IMG/VR virus record: IMGVR_UViG_3300042341_001208
Strand: one strand, 5' to 3'
Length of the DNA stretch: 29,419 nt
Origin: a virus
Lineage: Duplodnaviria; Heunggongvirae; Uroviricota; Caudoviricetes
Shown here: in pieces, positions 1 through 7,456 of the stretch
Layout: every line of letters starts with the position of its first letter
How positions within the stretch are numbered: the stretch's first letter is position 1
Position numbers and translations under genes: made by a program
Notes under the pieces: generated by a model
What the model saw: the letters and a program-made list of their open reading frames with translations, nothing else
What the model was told of the DNA's origin: nothing
Database searches by the model: none

Positions 1-1
1 A

Positions 2-193
2 AAACAAGCAGAGCAAAATATCAGAAATAAAAAAAGAGGGGATATTATAGCAGGAACTACAGATCTAAATTCTGTAAAAGGTTCCAGAGCTGCAGGTACC
101 ACTGGTCCTACTAAGGATGAAGCAGCTGCATTAAAGAAGAAGAAAAATATAGATGATATTTCTGCATATTTAGCAAAGAAATACAAATCTTAA
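2..193 (+). CDS. 3' end of a hypothetical protein entering from the left edge (...KQAEQNIRNKKRGDIIAGTTDLNSVKGSRAAGTTGPTKDEAAALKKKKNIDDISAYLAKKYKS*)
   Basis: Frame 2 is open from base 2 to TAA at 191-193 with protein-like composition. It is absent from the ORF track because its start lies outside the window. Confidence 0.6.
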   Translation, partial: KQAEQNIRNKKRGDIIAGTTDLNSVKGSRAAGTTGPTKDEAAALKKKKNIDDISAYLAKKYKS

Positions 194-340
194 ATTTTTT
201 TCCTCCGAAAGAAACTTTTTCTCCGAAAACCATCTAAAAGAATTACTTATATTCCCAGGAGAAGAATCTATATAGGCCCACCTAATCTCAGTTATCCTCG
301 GGTAAATCCAAACCCCAAATCTCAGATAGATAAATAGACT

Positions 341-547
341 ATGATCCCAAATCAAGAATACCTAGAAGCTATCAAAAGAAAACTAGATGCTATGAATAAA
401 GTAGCAGGAGTAGACCCATCTATCAGACCAGAACAAGGACAGGTTTGGGGTGAACCTAAATCTTTTGATGTGATGGATTGGCAGGGACAAGCTTCTATGA
501 ATTATCTAAAAAGTATAGGAAAGAATCCTAATCTATCAGATATCTAA
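341..547 (+). CDS. Hypothetical protein, 68 aa
   Basis: ATG-TAA ORF on the coding strand, preceded by GATAAATAG (329-337), a variant of the GATATATA motif seen before virion genes. No family recognised. Confidence 0.6.
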   Translation: MIPNQEYLEAIKRKLDAMNKVAGVDPSIRPEQGQVWGEPKSFDVMDWQGQASMNYLKSIGKNPNLSDI

Positions 548-548
548 C

Positions 549-556
549 CGTATATT
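549..556 (+). promoter_or_regulatory. CGTATATT motif (putative host-sigma/early promoter, resembles the Bacteroidota -7 box TAnnTTTG)
   Basis: The same octamer lies 16-23 nt upstream of all three signal-peptide genes (549-556, 1025-1032, 21548-21555). Confidence 0.5.
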
Positions 557-574
557 AAGGTAAAGATATAAATC

Positions 575-1015
575 ATGAAATTAAAATTTATTGCGGGGGT
601 TCTTCTCCTTTTCGGAATGAGTGAATTAAATGGGCAAAATCTAGAAGCTGATTCTGTTTACAAATATGAATTTAGAAATAGAAGACAATTTGAAAAGGAT
701 CTGGAAAGTGAAACTATCAGGAAACCTTCTAAGAAGACAACTTGGGAGTATGACCACTACCATGTTAATATAACTGATTCTACTTTTATATTTTCAAAAA
801 CTAAGGTGAATATAGTTAATAAATTCACAATCAAAGAGACTGATATCTATGATGAAAATTTCTATTTAAAATCCCTCTATGCAGTGAATTCGTGCGGGGG
901 TGAAATCAATGTAAAGATAACCTATGATGATATTGGATATTATGTTGTAGTTTATTTTATTGGTCCAAAAAATAAATATTCTGCAATTTATTTTCGTTCC
1001 GAATACAATTTTTAG
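575..1015 (+). CDS. Secreted hypothetical protein, 146 aa (Sec/SPI signal peptide)
   Basis: MKLK + hydrophobic FIAGVLLLFGM + LNG|Q predicted cleavage with Gln at +1. Contains DSV and DST sequons. Confidence 0.75.
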   Translation: MKLKFIAGVLLLFGMSELNGQNLEADSVYKYEFRNRRQFEKDLESETIRKPSKKTTWEYDHYHVNITDSTFIFSKTKVNIVNKFTIKETDIYDENFYLKSLYAVNSCGGEINVKITYDDIGYYVVVYFIGPKNKYSAIYFRSEYNF

Positions 1016-1024
1016 TACTGGGAC

Positions 1025-1032
1025 CGTATATT
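1025..1032 (+). promoter_or_regulatory. CGTATATT motif (putative host-sigma/early promoter)
   Basis: CCGTATATTTAT lies 23 nt upstream of the ATG at 1056 and matches the motif at 549 and 21548. Confidence 0.5.
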
Positions 1033-1055
1033 TATATGAATAACAATCATACATC

Positions 1056-1583
1056 ATGAAAAAATTAGCTTTAATCCTTATCCTAATTCCTACAATCTTA
1101 AAGTCTCAAAGTGCTAGAGAAATTAAAGTGATTCAGCTTCTAAATGAATATAGAGTTGCTAACAATCTTAAACCTTTAACTATAGATACAGGATTAAACA
1201 AAGCTGCTGAATACCAAGTTAAATACGAATCCTTAATTGATAGTGTAACCCATTACCAATATACAGATCTTCCTGGGTTCAAAGAGATTCCTCAAGCTGA
1301 AGATAGAATTAAAGAATTTTCTGATCTAGAAGCTCCAATAGGTGGAACCGAGATAACAATGGGTACTAAAAACTTCGGAAGTTTAAGCCTCGTTAAACAA
1401 AAATACTCTTATAAGGAGGTAGAAAAATACATTATTGATTCTTATAAATCTTGTTCAAGCCACGATGAAATAATGTTAAACCCTAACGCTCATAAAGTTG
1501 GAATTTCTATATTCAGGGAAGAAATAATAGAAGGTAGCGATGTTAAAATTAGATTATTTTGCGTCATCACATTCGGTAGTTAA
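1056..1583 (+). CDS. Secreted CAP (SCP/PR-1/Tpx) domain protein
   Basis: Signal peptide MKKLALILILIPTILKS|Q. CAP motifs: LLNEYRVANNLKPLTIDTGLNKAA, VTH, GTE, and SCSSHDEIMLNPNAHKVGISI (the S..H..N/ML....VGI pattern). Confidence 0.85.
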   Translation: MKKLALILILIPTILKSQSAREIKVIQLLNEYRVANNLKPLTIDTGLNKAAEYQVKYESLIDSVTHYQYTDLPGFKEIPQAEDRIKEFSDLEAPIGGTEITMGTKNFGSLSLVKQKYSYKEVEKYIIDSYKSCSSHDEIMLNPNAHKVGISIFREEIIEGSDVKIRLFCVITFGS

Positions 1584-1590
1584 TCCAATA

Positions 1591-1622
1591 AAAAAAGTCT
1601 TAAATTTATTTAAGACTTTTTT
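1591..1622. terminator. Bidirectional intrinsic terminator between convergent genes
   Basis: Perfect 15-bp inverted repeat AAAAAAGTCTTAAAT (1591-1605) / ATTTAAGACTTTTTT (1608-1622), with A and T tracts on both sides, between the stops at 1583 (+) and 1630 (-). Confidence 0.85.
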
Positions 1623-1629
1623 GTGTGTT

Positions 1630-2991
1630 TTAAAATTCGTTACATATAAAAGGTTTCTGTCCTACTCCTGGACCGCCTTTTTGTCTAATTCCTGGGAATT
1701 TTATCTTAATTTTTCCTCCTCCTTCTGATTTGGATTTCTTTGGAAATCCTACAGCGGGAACATAATTAACTGAAGATTTAACTTTCGGATCTATTACTTT
1801 AATTTCTGTATCAGTTATTACAGATTCAGCTTTTATAATAAAATTGACATACCTAAATTGTGTGTATTCATTTGGTCCTCCTAGAGGGGCAATTTCTGCT
1901 GTTGTATATTTTCCATTTGGTTTTCCCCCCTCACCAAGTTCTGCTATAACAATCGTCTTTCTATTCATTTCCTCGTCTTTTCCTTTCCCAAAAGTTCCAT
2001 TGTTTAAAATGAAGTTTCCCTTTTCGTCATAATATCCAAATTTAAGAGGGGTTGGTGGATTTGGTCCACTTGTTCCGTCCCCATTAGATCCTTTGGAATT
2101 GATAATTATTTTGGATTGTATTATTTTCTTTTTCTCTTCTGATAAATTATTTTCAGCTGCAGATTCTCTAAAAAGATCTATTATGGTATTTGCTCTATTG
2201 TAGGACAATTCACCCCAGGATATTTTTTCTGCTTTACCTCCGTTGTCATTTGTATTTCTATATCTGCTAGCAGATGATTGAATTTCTAAAGAGGTTAAAG
2301 TTAATTTATCATTCGATGCATATTCCTTTATAAAAGTATCGATAGTTTTTTTAATTTCCTCTAAAACATTTGGGTCATTAAATGCATCAGGGTTTACTTT
2401 TCCTCCTTGCGAATCTTCCCCTGAACCCCATCTATTGTCTTTGAATAATTTATTCTCCTCTTCTGCAGATAACCCAACTATTTCAATTTTTTTTATTTCT
2501 TCTTTTTCTCCTTTTTTCTCAATCTCTACAGAAGAAGGTGTTATTGAAATGAAAGGATTTGTTCTTACACTAGTTTTTCCCTTAATTGTATTGTTTACTT
2601 CTTTCTCTGATTCAAATCCACTAGCTTCCATTAAATCAGATAACTGGTCATAGACGGAATTTTTCTGATCTTCTGACAATTTTTCCCATAAGTATGGAGC
2701 TGCATAAGCCCCATCTGTAGTAGCCTTATCTGTTGGGAAATCCTTACCTGGATTTTTCTTCTTCCACTTAGCTAGCCAAGACTCGTAAGGATTTTCATCT
2801 TTAGCATAAGTAGGACGAAAAATATTTCCTAGCTCTATTTGCTTCTCCAATAGTTTTTCAACAAATTGAATTACAAATTCCCTTGATGGTGTGAATTTGG
2901 TTTTTCCTTCATCAGATTTTGCTTCTTTTATTATATTTAGCTCGAAATCAAGATAAGCTTGGAAAGATTCTAAAACAAATTTTTTGCTCAT
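1630..2991 (-). CDS. Putative virion-internal protein with a divergent OmpA-C-like domain (ORF open to 3048; preferred start Met20 at 2991)
   Basis: 472-aa ORF. N-terminus MSKKFVLESFQAYLDFELNIIKEA resembles T4-type capsid-targeting/protease-cleaved leaders. LEIQSSAS...ELSYNRANTII...IIINSKG...QFRYVNFII follows the OmpA-C pattern. A GATATATAC motif lies 24 nt upstream of Met20. Confidence 0.7.
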   Translation of the reverse strand: MSKKFVLESFQAYLDFELNIIKEAKSDEGKTKFTPSREFVIQFVEKLLEKQIELGNIFRPTYAKDENPYESWLAKWKKKNPGKDFPTDKATTDGAYAAPYLWEKLSEDQKNSVYDQLSDLMEASGFESEKEVNNTIKGKTSVRTNPFISITPSSVEIEKKGEKEEIKKIEIVGLSAEEENKLFKDNRWGSGEDSQGGKVNPDAFNDPNVLEEIKKTIDTFIKEYASNDKLTLTSLEIQSSASRYRNTNDNGGKAEKISWGELSYNRANTIIDLFRESAAENNLSEEKKKIIQSKIIINSKGSNGDGTSGPNPPTPLKFGYYDEKGNFILNNGTFGKGKDEEMNRKTIVIAELGEGGKPNGKYTTAEIAPLGGPNEYTQFRYVNFIIKAESVITDTEIKVIDPKVKSSVNYVPAVGFPKKSKSEGGGKIKIKFPGIRQKGGPGVGQKPFICNEF

Positions 2992-3015
2992 TTTCTTTAT
3001 GTTTATTAATTTCAT

Positions 3016-3024
3016 GTATATATC
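3016..3024 (-). promoter_or_regulatory. GATATATAC motif (putative late promoter)
   Basis: Reads GTATATATC on the plus strand. The same GATATATA core lies upstream of the starts at 9168, 11178 and 26298. Confidence 0.55.
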
Positions 3025-3063
3025 CATTTCCTTTATTATATTCTTCAAATCTAAATGTAGTTA

Positions 3064-3088
3064 GAAACAATCCATCTTAAAAACTATA
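3064..3088 (+). promoter_or_regulatory. Bipartite GAAACAAT-N9-AAACTATA motif (putative middle promoter of the uvsX operon)
   Basis: A near-identical bipartite motif with N10 spacing lies at 11909-11934, upstream of the glycan operon. Confidence 0.55.
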
Positions 3089-3111
3089 TAACTTAAGAAA
3101 ATAAAAAGTTT

Positions 3112-4305
3112 ATGGCTAAACAAAAATCAGAATTCTCATTTCTTGATCTAGATAAAGAATTATCTAAGATCGCCGGGTTTGAAACCGGATCTATTCTAAC
3201 AGAAAATACATTCAGCGAAGTTGACGACTGGATTCCTACCGGTAATTATCTACTAAATGCTCAACTATCAGGATCCTTATTTGGAGGTATTCCTAACACA
3301 AGATCTTTAGGTCTAATGGGAGATCCCGGAACAGGTAAATCTTTCGTTTGTCTAAATGTTGTTAGAGAAGCTCAAAAGAAAGGTTATGACGTTATGTATT
3401 GTGATACCGAGGGTGCAATTGATAAATCAACTGCTATCAATTTTGGTATTAACACAGATAAAATCAGATACCAACCAATCAAGACCGTTACTGAATTTCA
3501 AACATTCGTTTCTAACCTTCTTGCAATTGTAAAGAAAGCTAAGGAGAATGGTGCATCCCCAAAAATCCTTTTAATTCTAGATTCTTTGGGTATGTTAAGT
3601 ACAGATAAAGAGCTAAACGATGCAATGATTGGAAAAAATGCAGCGGACATGGGGGCTAAAGCAAAAGAACTTCGTAAGTTGTTTAGGGTTATCACTTTGG
3701 ATTTAACTGCAGCTAAAATTCCTTTGATCTGTACGAACCACGTTTATACAGGTGGTGGATTTATGCCAACAAAAGAATCTTCTGGCGGTGACGGTCCAAT
3801 CTTCGCAATGTCTGTTATTTCTTTCCTTTCTAAAGCTCAATTAAAAGAGAATGGTAGCACGACAAAGACTGGTATTATCGTAACATCTAATCTTAAAAAG
3901 AGTAGATTCACAATTCCAGAACCTGTTAAATTTCACATCTCATTTGCTAATGGTATGAATCCTTATGTTGGTCTTCAAGACTTCGTTACATGGGAAGCAT
4001 GTGGAATAGAAAGAGGAAAATTAGAAGAAGTTAAAAATAAAGAAGGTAAAAAAGAATTAGTTTTCACCCCTAATGCATCGTCAACCAGATGGGCAGTTAA
4101 ACATCTAGGAAAAACGGTTACGTCTTCTCAGTTATTTAGCGGAGATATTTTCACACAGGAAGTTCTAGAATCTCTAAACGAAAAAGTTATCAAACAGCAC
4201 TTTCTTCTTCCTACAATGGGAACTAACGAGGAAATTACAAATGCTCTGGAAGCAGAGATTGGTTCAGATTTTGATAATTTAGGTAATGCAGAGGAACAAG
4301 ATTAA
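3112..4305 (+). CDS. uvsX: UvsX/RecA-like recombinase
   Basis: Contains WIPTGNYLLNAQLSG, Walker A GDPGTGKS, YCDTEGA, Walker B LILDSLG, ICTNH, SGGDG. Its phage-type length and linkage to a gp41 helicase match the T4 arrangement. Confidence 0.92.
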   Translation: MAKQKSEFSFLDLDKELSKIAGFETGSILTENTFSEVDDWIPTGNYLLNAQLSGSLFGGIPNTRSLGLMGDPGTGKSFVCLNVVREAQKKGYDVMYCDTEGAIDKSTAINFGINTDKIRYQPIKTVTEFQTFVSNLLAIVKKAKENGASPKILLILDSLGMLSTDKELNDAMIGKNAADMGAKAKELRKLFRVITLDLTAAKIPLICTNHVYTGGGFMPTKESSGGDGPIFAMSVISFLSKAQLKENGSTTKTGIIVTSNLKKSRFTIPEPVKFHISFANGMNPYVGLQDFVTWEACGIERGKLEEVKNKEGKKELVFTPNASSTRWAVKHLGKTVTSSQLFSGDIFTQEVLESLNEKVIKQHFLLPTMGTNEEITNALEAEIGSDFDNLGNAEEQD

Positions 4306-4582
4306 ATTTAAGTACCTCATGAATCTTTGGCGAACAATGCCAAACTATCCTACTAAAGAGGATGCGATTTATGAATTAAATGTTTATCTAGTAAAAGACG
4401 GTAGACCAAATGGAAGCTTTTCAGAACAAACACTGAAAGCTCCATTCGGTCCTGACTGGGAAAACACTAAGTATAAACAGATTATCGACGAAATGATCGA
4501 GACAGGAGAACTCGAGGTCGATTCTAAAAAAGTTTCTTCTAAAACATGGTATAAAATTAAAAACAACCCCTATTATCAGTAA
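4286..4582 (+). CDS. Hypothetical protein, 98 aa, possibly winged-helix-like, in the position of T4 gene 40
   Basis: Overlaps the uvsX end and joins gp41 by a TAATG overlap. The C-terminus YKQIIDEMIETGELEVDSKKVSSKTWYKIK looks like helix plus wing. Confidence 0.65.
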   Translation: MQRNKIKFKYLMNLWRTMPNYPTKEDAIYELNVYLVKDGRPNGSFSEQTLKAPFGPDWENTKYKQIIDEMIETGELEVDSKKVSSKTWYKIKNNPYYQ

Positions 4583-5877
4583 TGGAATTATCCTATTCAG
4601 AAAATATAATACTTAGAAACATAATCAACACCCCTGCATATTTAGAAAATGCTAAATCTGAGTTCTTTAAAAATGATTCTTTCGGGGAAATTCTTAGACT
4701 CTCAAAGAAATTTTGGGATCAATACAACGAAATTCCATCTAGAGAGCAAACTAAAGAATCTGCTAAAATTGAGAATCGAGGTAAATTAGAGCTATCTGAG
4801 ATAGATGCAATCTACGACATTCAGTTAAAAGATTACCAGGAGGATTGGTTGAAGGAAACTACGGAGTGTTTCATCGAGTATAAAAACCTAACTAAATCTG
4901 CAGTCGATGCAGTTCAATATATCCAAAAAACCCCAGTCACAGCGGAGAACATCAAAGAGGTTATTAATACCTTTAAGAATATCGTCGTAGAAAGAAACAA
5001 TTTAGACTTCTCTTTTGATGAAGGTCTAGATTTCTTCAACCCTGAGAGTCATAAACAGTTAAGCCATAACACATTTAAATCCGGTTATTCATTTATCGAT
5101 ACCGTATTGGGTGGAGGATTTTCTGCTAAGTCTTTATACGTCTTTATGGGAATGCCCAAAGTCGGAAAGTCTCTGTGGCTGGGTAATTTGGCAACTCAAG
5201 CATCTAAGATGGGAAATAATGTGGCAATTATTACCCTCGAGATGAACGACAGAAAATATGCTAAGAGGATAGGTGCTAATATGTTAAACATACCAATTGG
5301 TGATTATAACACAGCAGCCAACGATTCCCCTACTATTAAGAAGAAAATCAGCTCAGTTCAGTATGACAATTTAAAAGTTCCAGGCCAAATTTGGATTAAG
5401 GAATTTCCAACTTCTCAAGCTTCAAGCTTGGATATTGAAAGATACTTAAGAAAAGTAGAAGAACAAAAAGGAATTAAATTTAAAGTTGTTGTAATTGACT
5501 ATATCAATATTCTAAAGAACTGGAGAAATCCAAACTCTGAAAACACCTACATGAAGATCAAACAGATTGCAGAGGATTTAAGAGGTATGGCAATGTCAAA
5601 CGAATGGTCAATCTTAACAGCAACTCAGACTAAGCAGGGGGATTTTGACTCCACTGACTTAACAATTACTTCAGCAGCTGAATCCTCAGGACTAGTTGCT
5701 ACTGTGGACGGATTATTTGGTATTATCCAGGATCCGATTATGTATGCTAACAGAGAATATAAACTAAAACTAATCGCAAATAGAGATGACGGATATAAAA
5801 ATTCCCACAAGGTATTTAATGTCGACTATAACTATATGAGAATAACAGAAGGAAGCGAACCAATACATGTGGAATAA
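4582..5877 (+). CDS. gp41: DnaB-family (SF4) replicative helicase, T4 gp41-like
   Basis: Contains KSGYSFIDTVLGGG, Walker A GMPKVGKS, ITLEM, Walker B VVIDYINI, ATQT, AESSGL, and a terminal RDDG...FNVDYNYMRI segment. Confidence 0.92.
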   Translation: MELSYSENIILRNIINTPAYLENAKSEFFKNDSFGEILRLSKKFWDQYNEIPSREQTKESAKIENRGKLELSEIDAIYDIQLKDYQEDWLKETTECFIEYKNLTKSAVDAVQYIQKTPVTAENIKEVINTFKNIVVERNNLDFSFDEGLDFFNPESHKQLSHNTFKSGYSFIDTVLGGGFSAKSLYVFMGMPKVGKSLWLGNLATQASKMGNNVAIITLEMNDRKYAKRIGANMLNIPIGDYNTAANDSPTIKKKISSVQYDNLKVPGQIWIKEFPTSQASSLDIERYLRKVEEQKGIKFKVVVIDYINILKNWRNPNSENTYMKIKQIAEDLRGMAMSNEWSILTATQTKQGDFDSTDLTITSAAESSGLVATVDGLFGIIQDPIMYANREYKLKLIANRDDGYKNSHKVFNVDYNYMRITEGSEPIHVE

Positions 5878-6352
5878 CAAGAAAAAAACAGAAGAACCTC
5901 AGGAAGTTGAAGAAAAGAAAATTCAACTAGGTGATAAAATATTTGGAGCTCACAACAACTCTAATTCTACTAATGAATATAAAGAAAGCTTCGAGCTAGA
6001 TACGGGTAATAGAATTCTAGAGGACAGTTATGACGAAGAAGAATACCTGCACAGAAAGAAATTGGAGGAAACTGTTTATGCTGCATTTCAGTCTTCTAGA
6101 TGGTATCCCCTTTCTTATAAGAAAAAAATTCCTAAGGATCTAGTTCCTCATCTTTTTCAAGATGTACTGGAAAAGCTAGAAAATAGTGAATTTAGTTTTT
6201 CTGAGAAGTTTGTGGTCATTTGTGACTTTGTTTCTATCCCCTATGCGAAGGCTTATGAGCAAATACCAGTAAAATATAAAGAAATTATCATCAATGAGTT
6301 AGAAGCTAAATTTAGCATTTTATCTAAAAGAAAGATAAGAAAATTATTTTAA
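5867..6352 (+). CDS. Putative late-transcription coactivator, T4 gp33-like, with an N-terminal extension
   Basis: The C-terminal segment SFSEKFVVICDFVSIPYAKAYEQIPVKYKEIIINEL aligns without gaps to T4 gp33 as I recall it (SYLEATTAFLEENSIPETQFAKFIPSGIIEKIQSEA). The match is from memory, not a search. Confidence 0.55.
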   Translation: MWNNKKKTEEPQEVEEKKIQLGDKIFGAHNNSNSTNEYKESFELDTGNRILEDSYDEEEYLHRKKLEETVYAAFQSSRWYPLSYKKKIPKDLVPHLFQDVLEKLENSEFSFSEKFVVICDFVSIPYAKAYEQIPVKYKEIIINELEAKFSILSKRKIRKLF

Positions 6353-6355
6353 GCA

Positions 6356-7456
6356 ATGATAGAGAATAAGAACGCAAAAAGAGTATTTTTTATAACAGAC
6401 ACTCACTTGGGAGTTAGAAATTCCTCTAACGAGTGGATTGATATAATGAGAGAATATTTTCACGGTTGGTTTATTCCTCTGGTAAAAGAAAATTATCGTC
6501 CTGGTGATGTATTAATCCATCTCGGAGACGTTTATGATTCTAGACAGAGCATAAATATCAAAGTTCTAAATCTTGGAATTGATATTTTTGAATCTCTATC
6601 CGATATTTTCAAAGATGGAATTTATGTTATAGCAGGGAATCACGATCTTTGGGGAAAGACTACAAATGAAATTAACTCATTGAAGTCAATCAAATGGGTT
6701 CCGAATGTTAATATTTTAGAAGAACCAGAAACCCTAGTTCTTGGCAAGAAGAAATTCTTAATGATGCCTTGGAGAAAAGATCATGCAACAGAAGAGGAAT
6801 TTTTGGATGCTTCTAAACCACATGATTACCTTTGCTGTCATGCTGATATTAGAGGTCTAAAGTTTAACCGTTATGTGAACGTTGAAGAAGGAGCAGATTC
6901 TCAGAAGTTTGAAAAATTTAAAACTGTATATTCGGGCCATATTCACTATGCTCAGGTAGTTAAAAATATCCACATGTTAGGATCCCCTTATGAGTTAACT
7001 AGATCTGATATGGGAAATACAAAGTCTGTTACCTTATTGGATTTGACAACAGGTGAAGAGCAGAAATTTGTAAATGACTTTTCTCCTAAGTTCAAGAAGT
7101 TTTTATTTGATCAAATTCTAGAAATGACTATTGATGATCTAGAACCTGAATTTAGAAACAACTTTGTGGACATTATGATAGATCCAAAGATGGCTTTGAA
7201 AGCTCCTTTGAATATCCTGACCGATAGTATAGGATCCCAAAGAAAATTAGGATTCCATCCATACGACCCAAATCAAGCGAACAAATTATCTGCTCAAATC
7301 TATGATACAGACGGAAGGCAATTTAGTGTAATGGATTTTGTTAAGGAATACATCAACACAATGAATTATGATGATTCGACCAAGGAGAGATTAATAGCAA
7401 GCGTAGAGAAACTTTATAAGATTACAGTAGACCAAGATCAAGAGACGAGAATATGA
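6356..7456 (+). CDS. gp47: Recombination endonuclease subunit, Mre11/SbcD metallophosphoesterase (T4 gp47-like)
   Basis: Phosphoesterase motifs DTHLG, GDVYD, GNHD, CHAD, GHIH. Coupled by an ATGA overlap to a Rad50-like gene. Confidence 0.93.
   Translation: MIENKNAKRVFFITDTHLGVRNSSNEWIDIMREYFHGWFIPLVKENYRPGDVLIHLGDVYDSRQSINIKVLNLGIDIFESLSDIFKDGIYVIAGNHDLWGKTTNEINSLKSIKWVPNVNILEEPETLVLGKKKFLMMPWRKDHATEEEFLDASKPHDYLCCHADIRGLKFNRYVNVEEGADSQKFEKFKTVYSGHIHYAQVVKNIHMLGSPYELTRSDMGNTKSVTLLDLTTGEEQKFVNDFSPKFKKFLFDQILEMTIDDLEPEFRNNFVDIMIDPKMALKAPLNILTDSIGSQRKLGFHPYDPNQANKLSAQIYDTDGRQFSVMDFVKEYINTMNYDDSTKERLIASVEKLYKITVDQDQETRI

Noticed and set aside
2-547. One interrupted gene across 2-193, 194-337 and 341-547, all in frame 2
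   Set aside because: The middle segment translates to an implausible peptide (IFFLRKKLFLRK...) and contains repeats and a promoter-like motif, so it is more likely non-coding.
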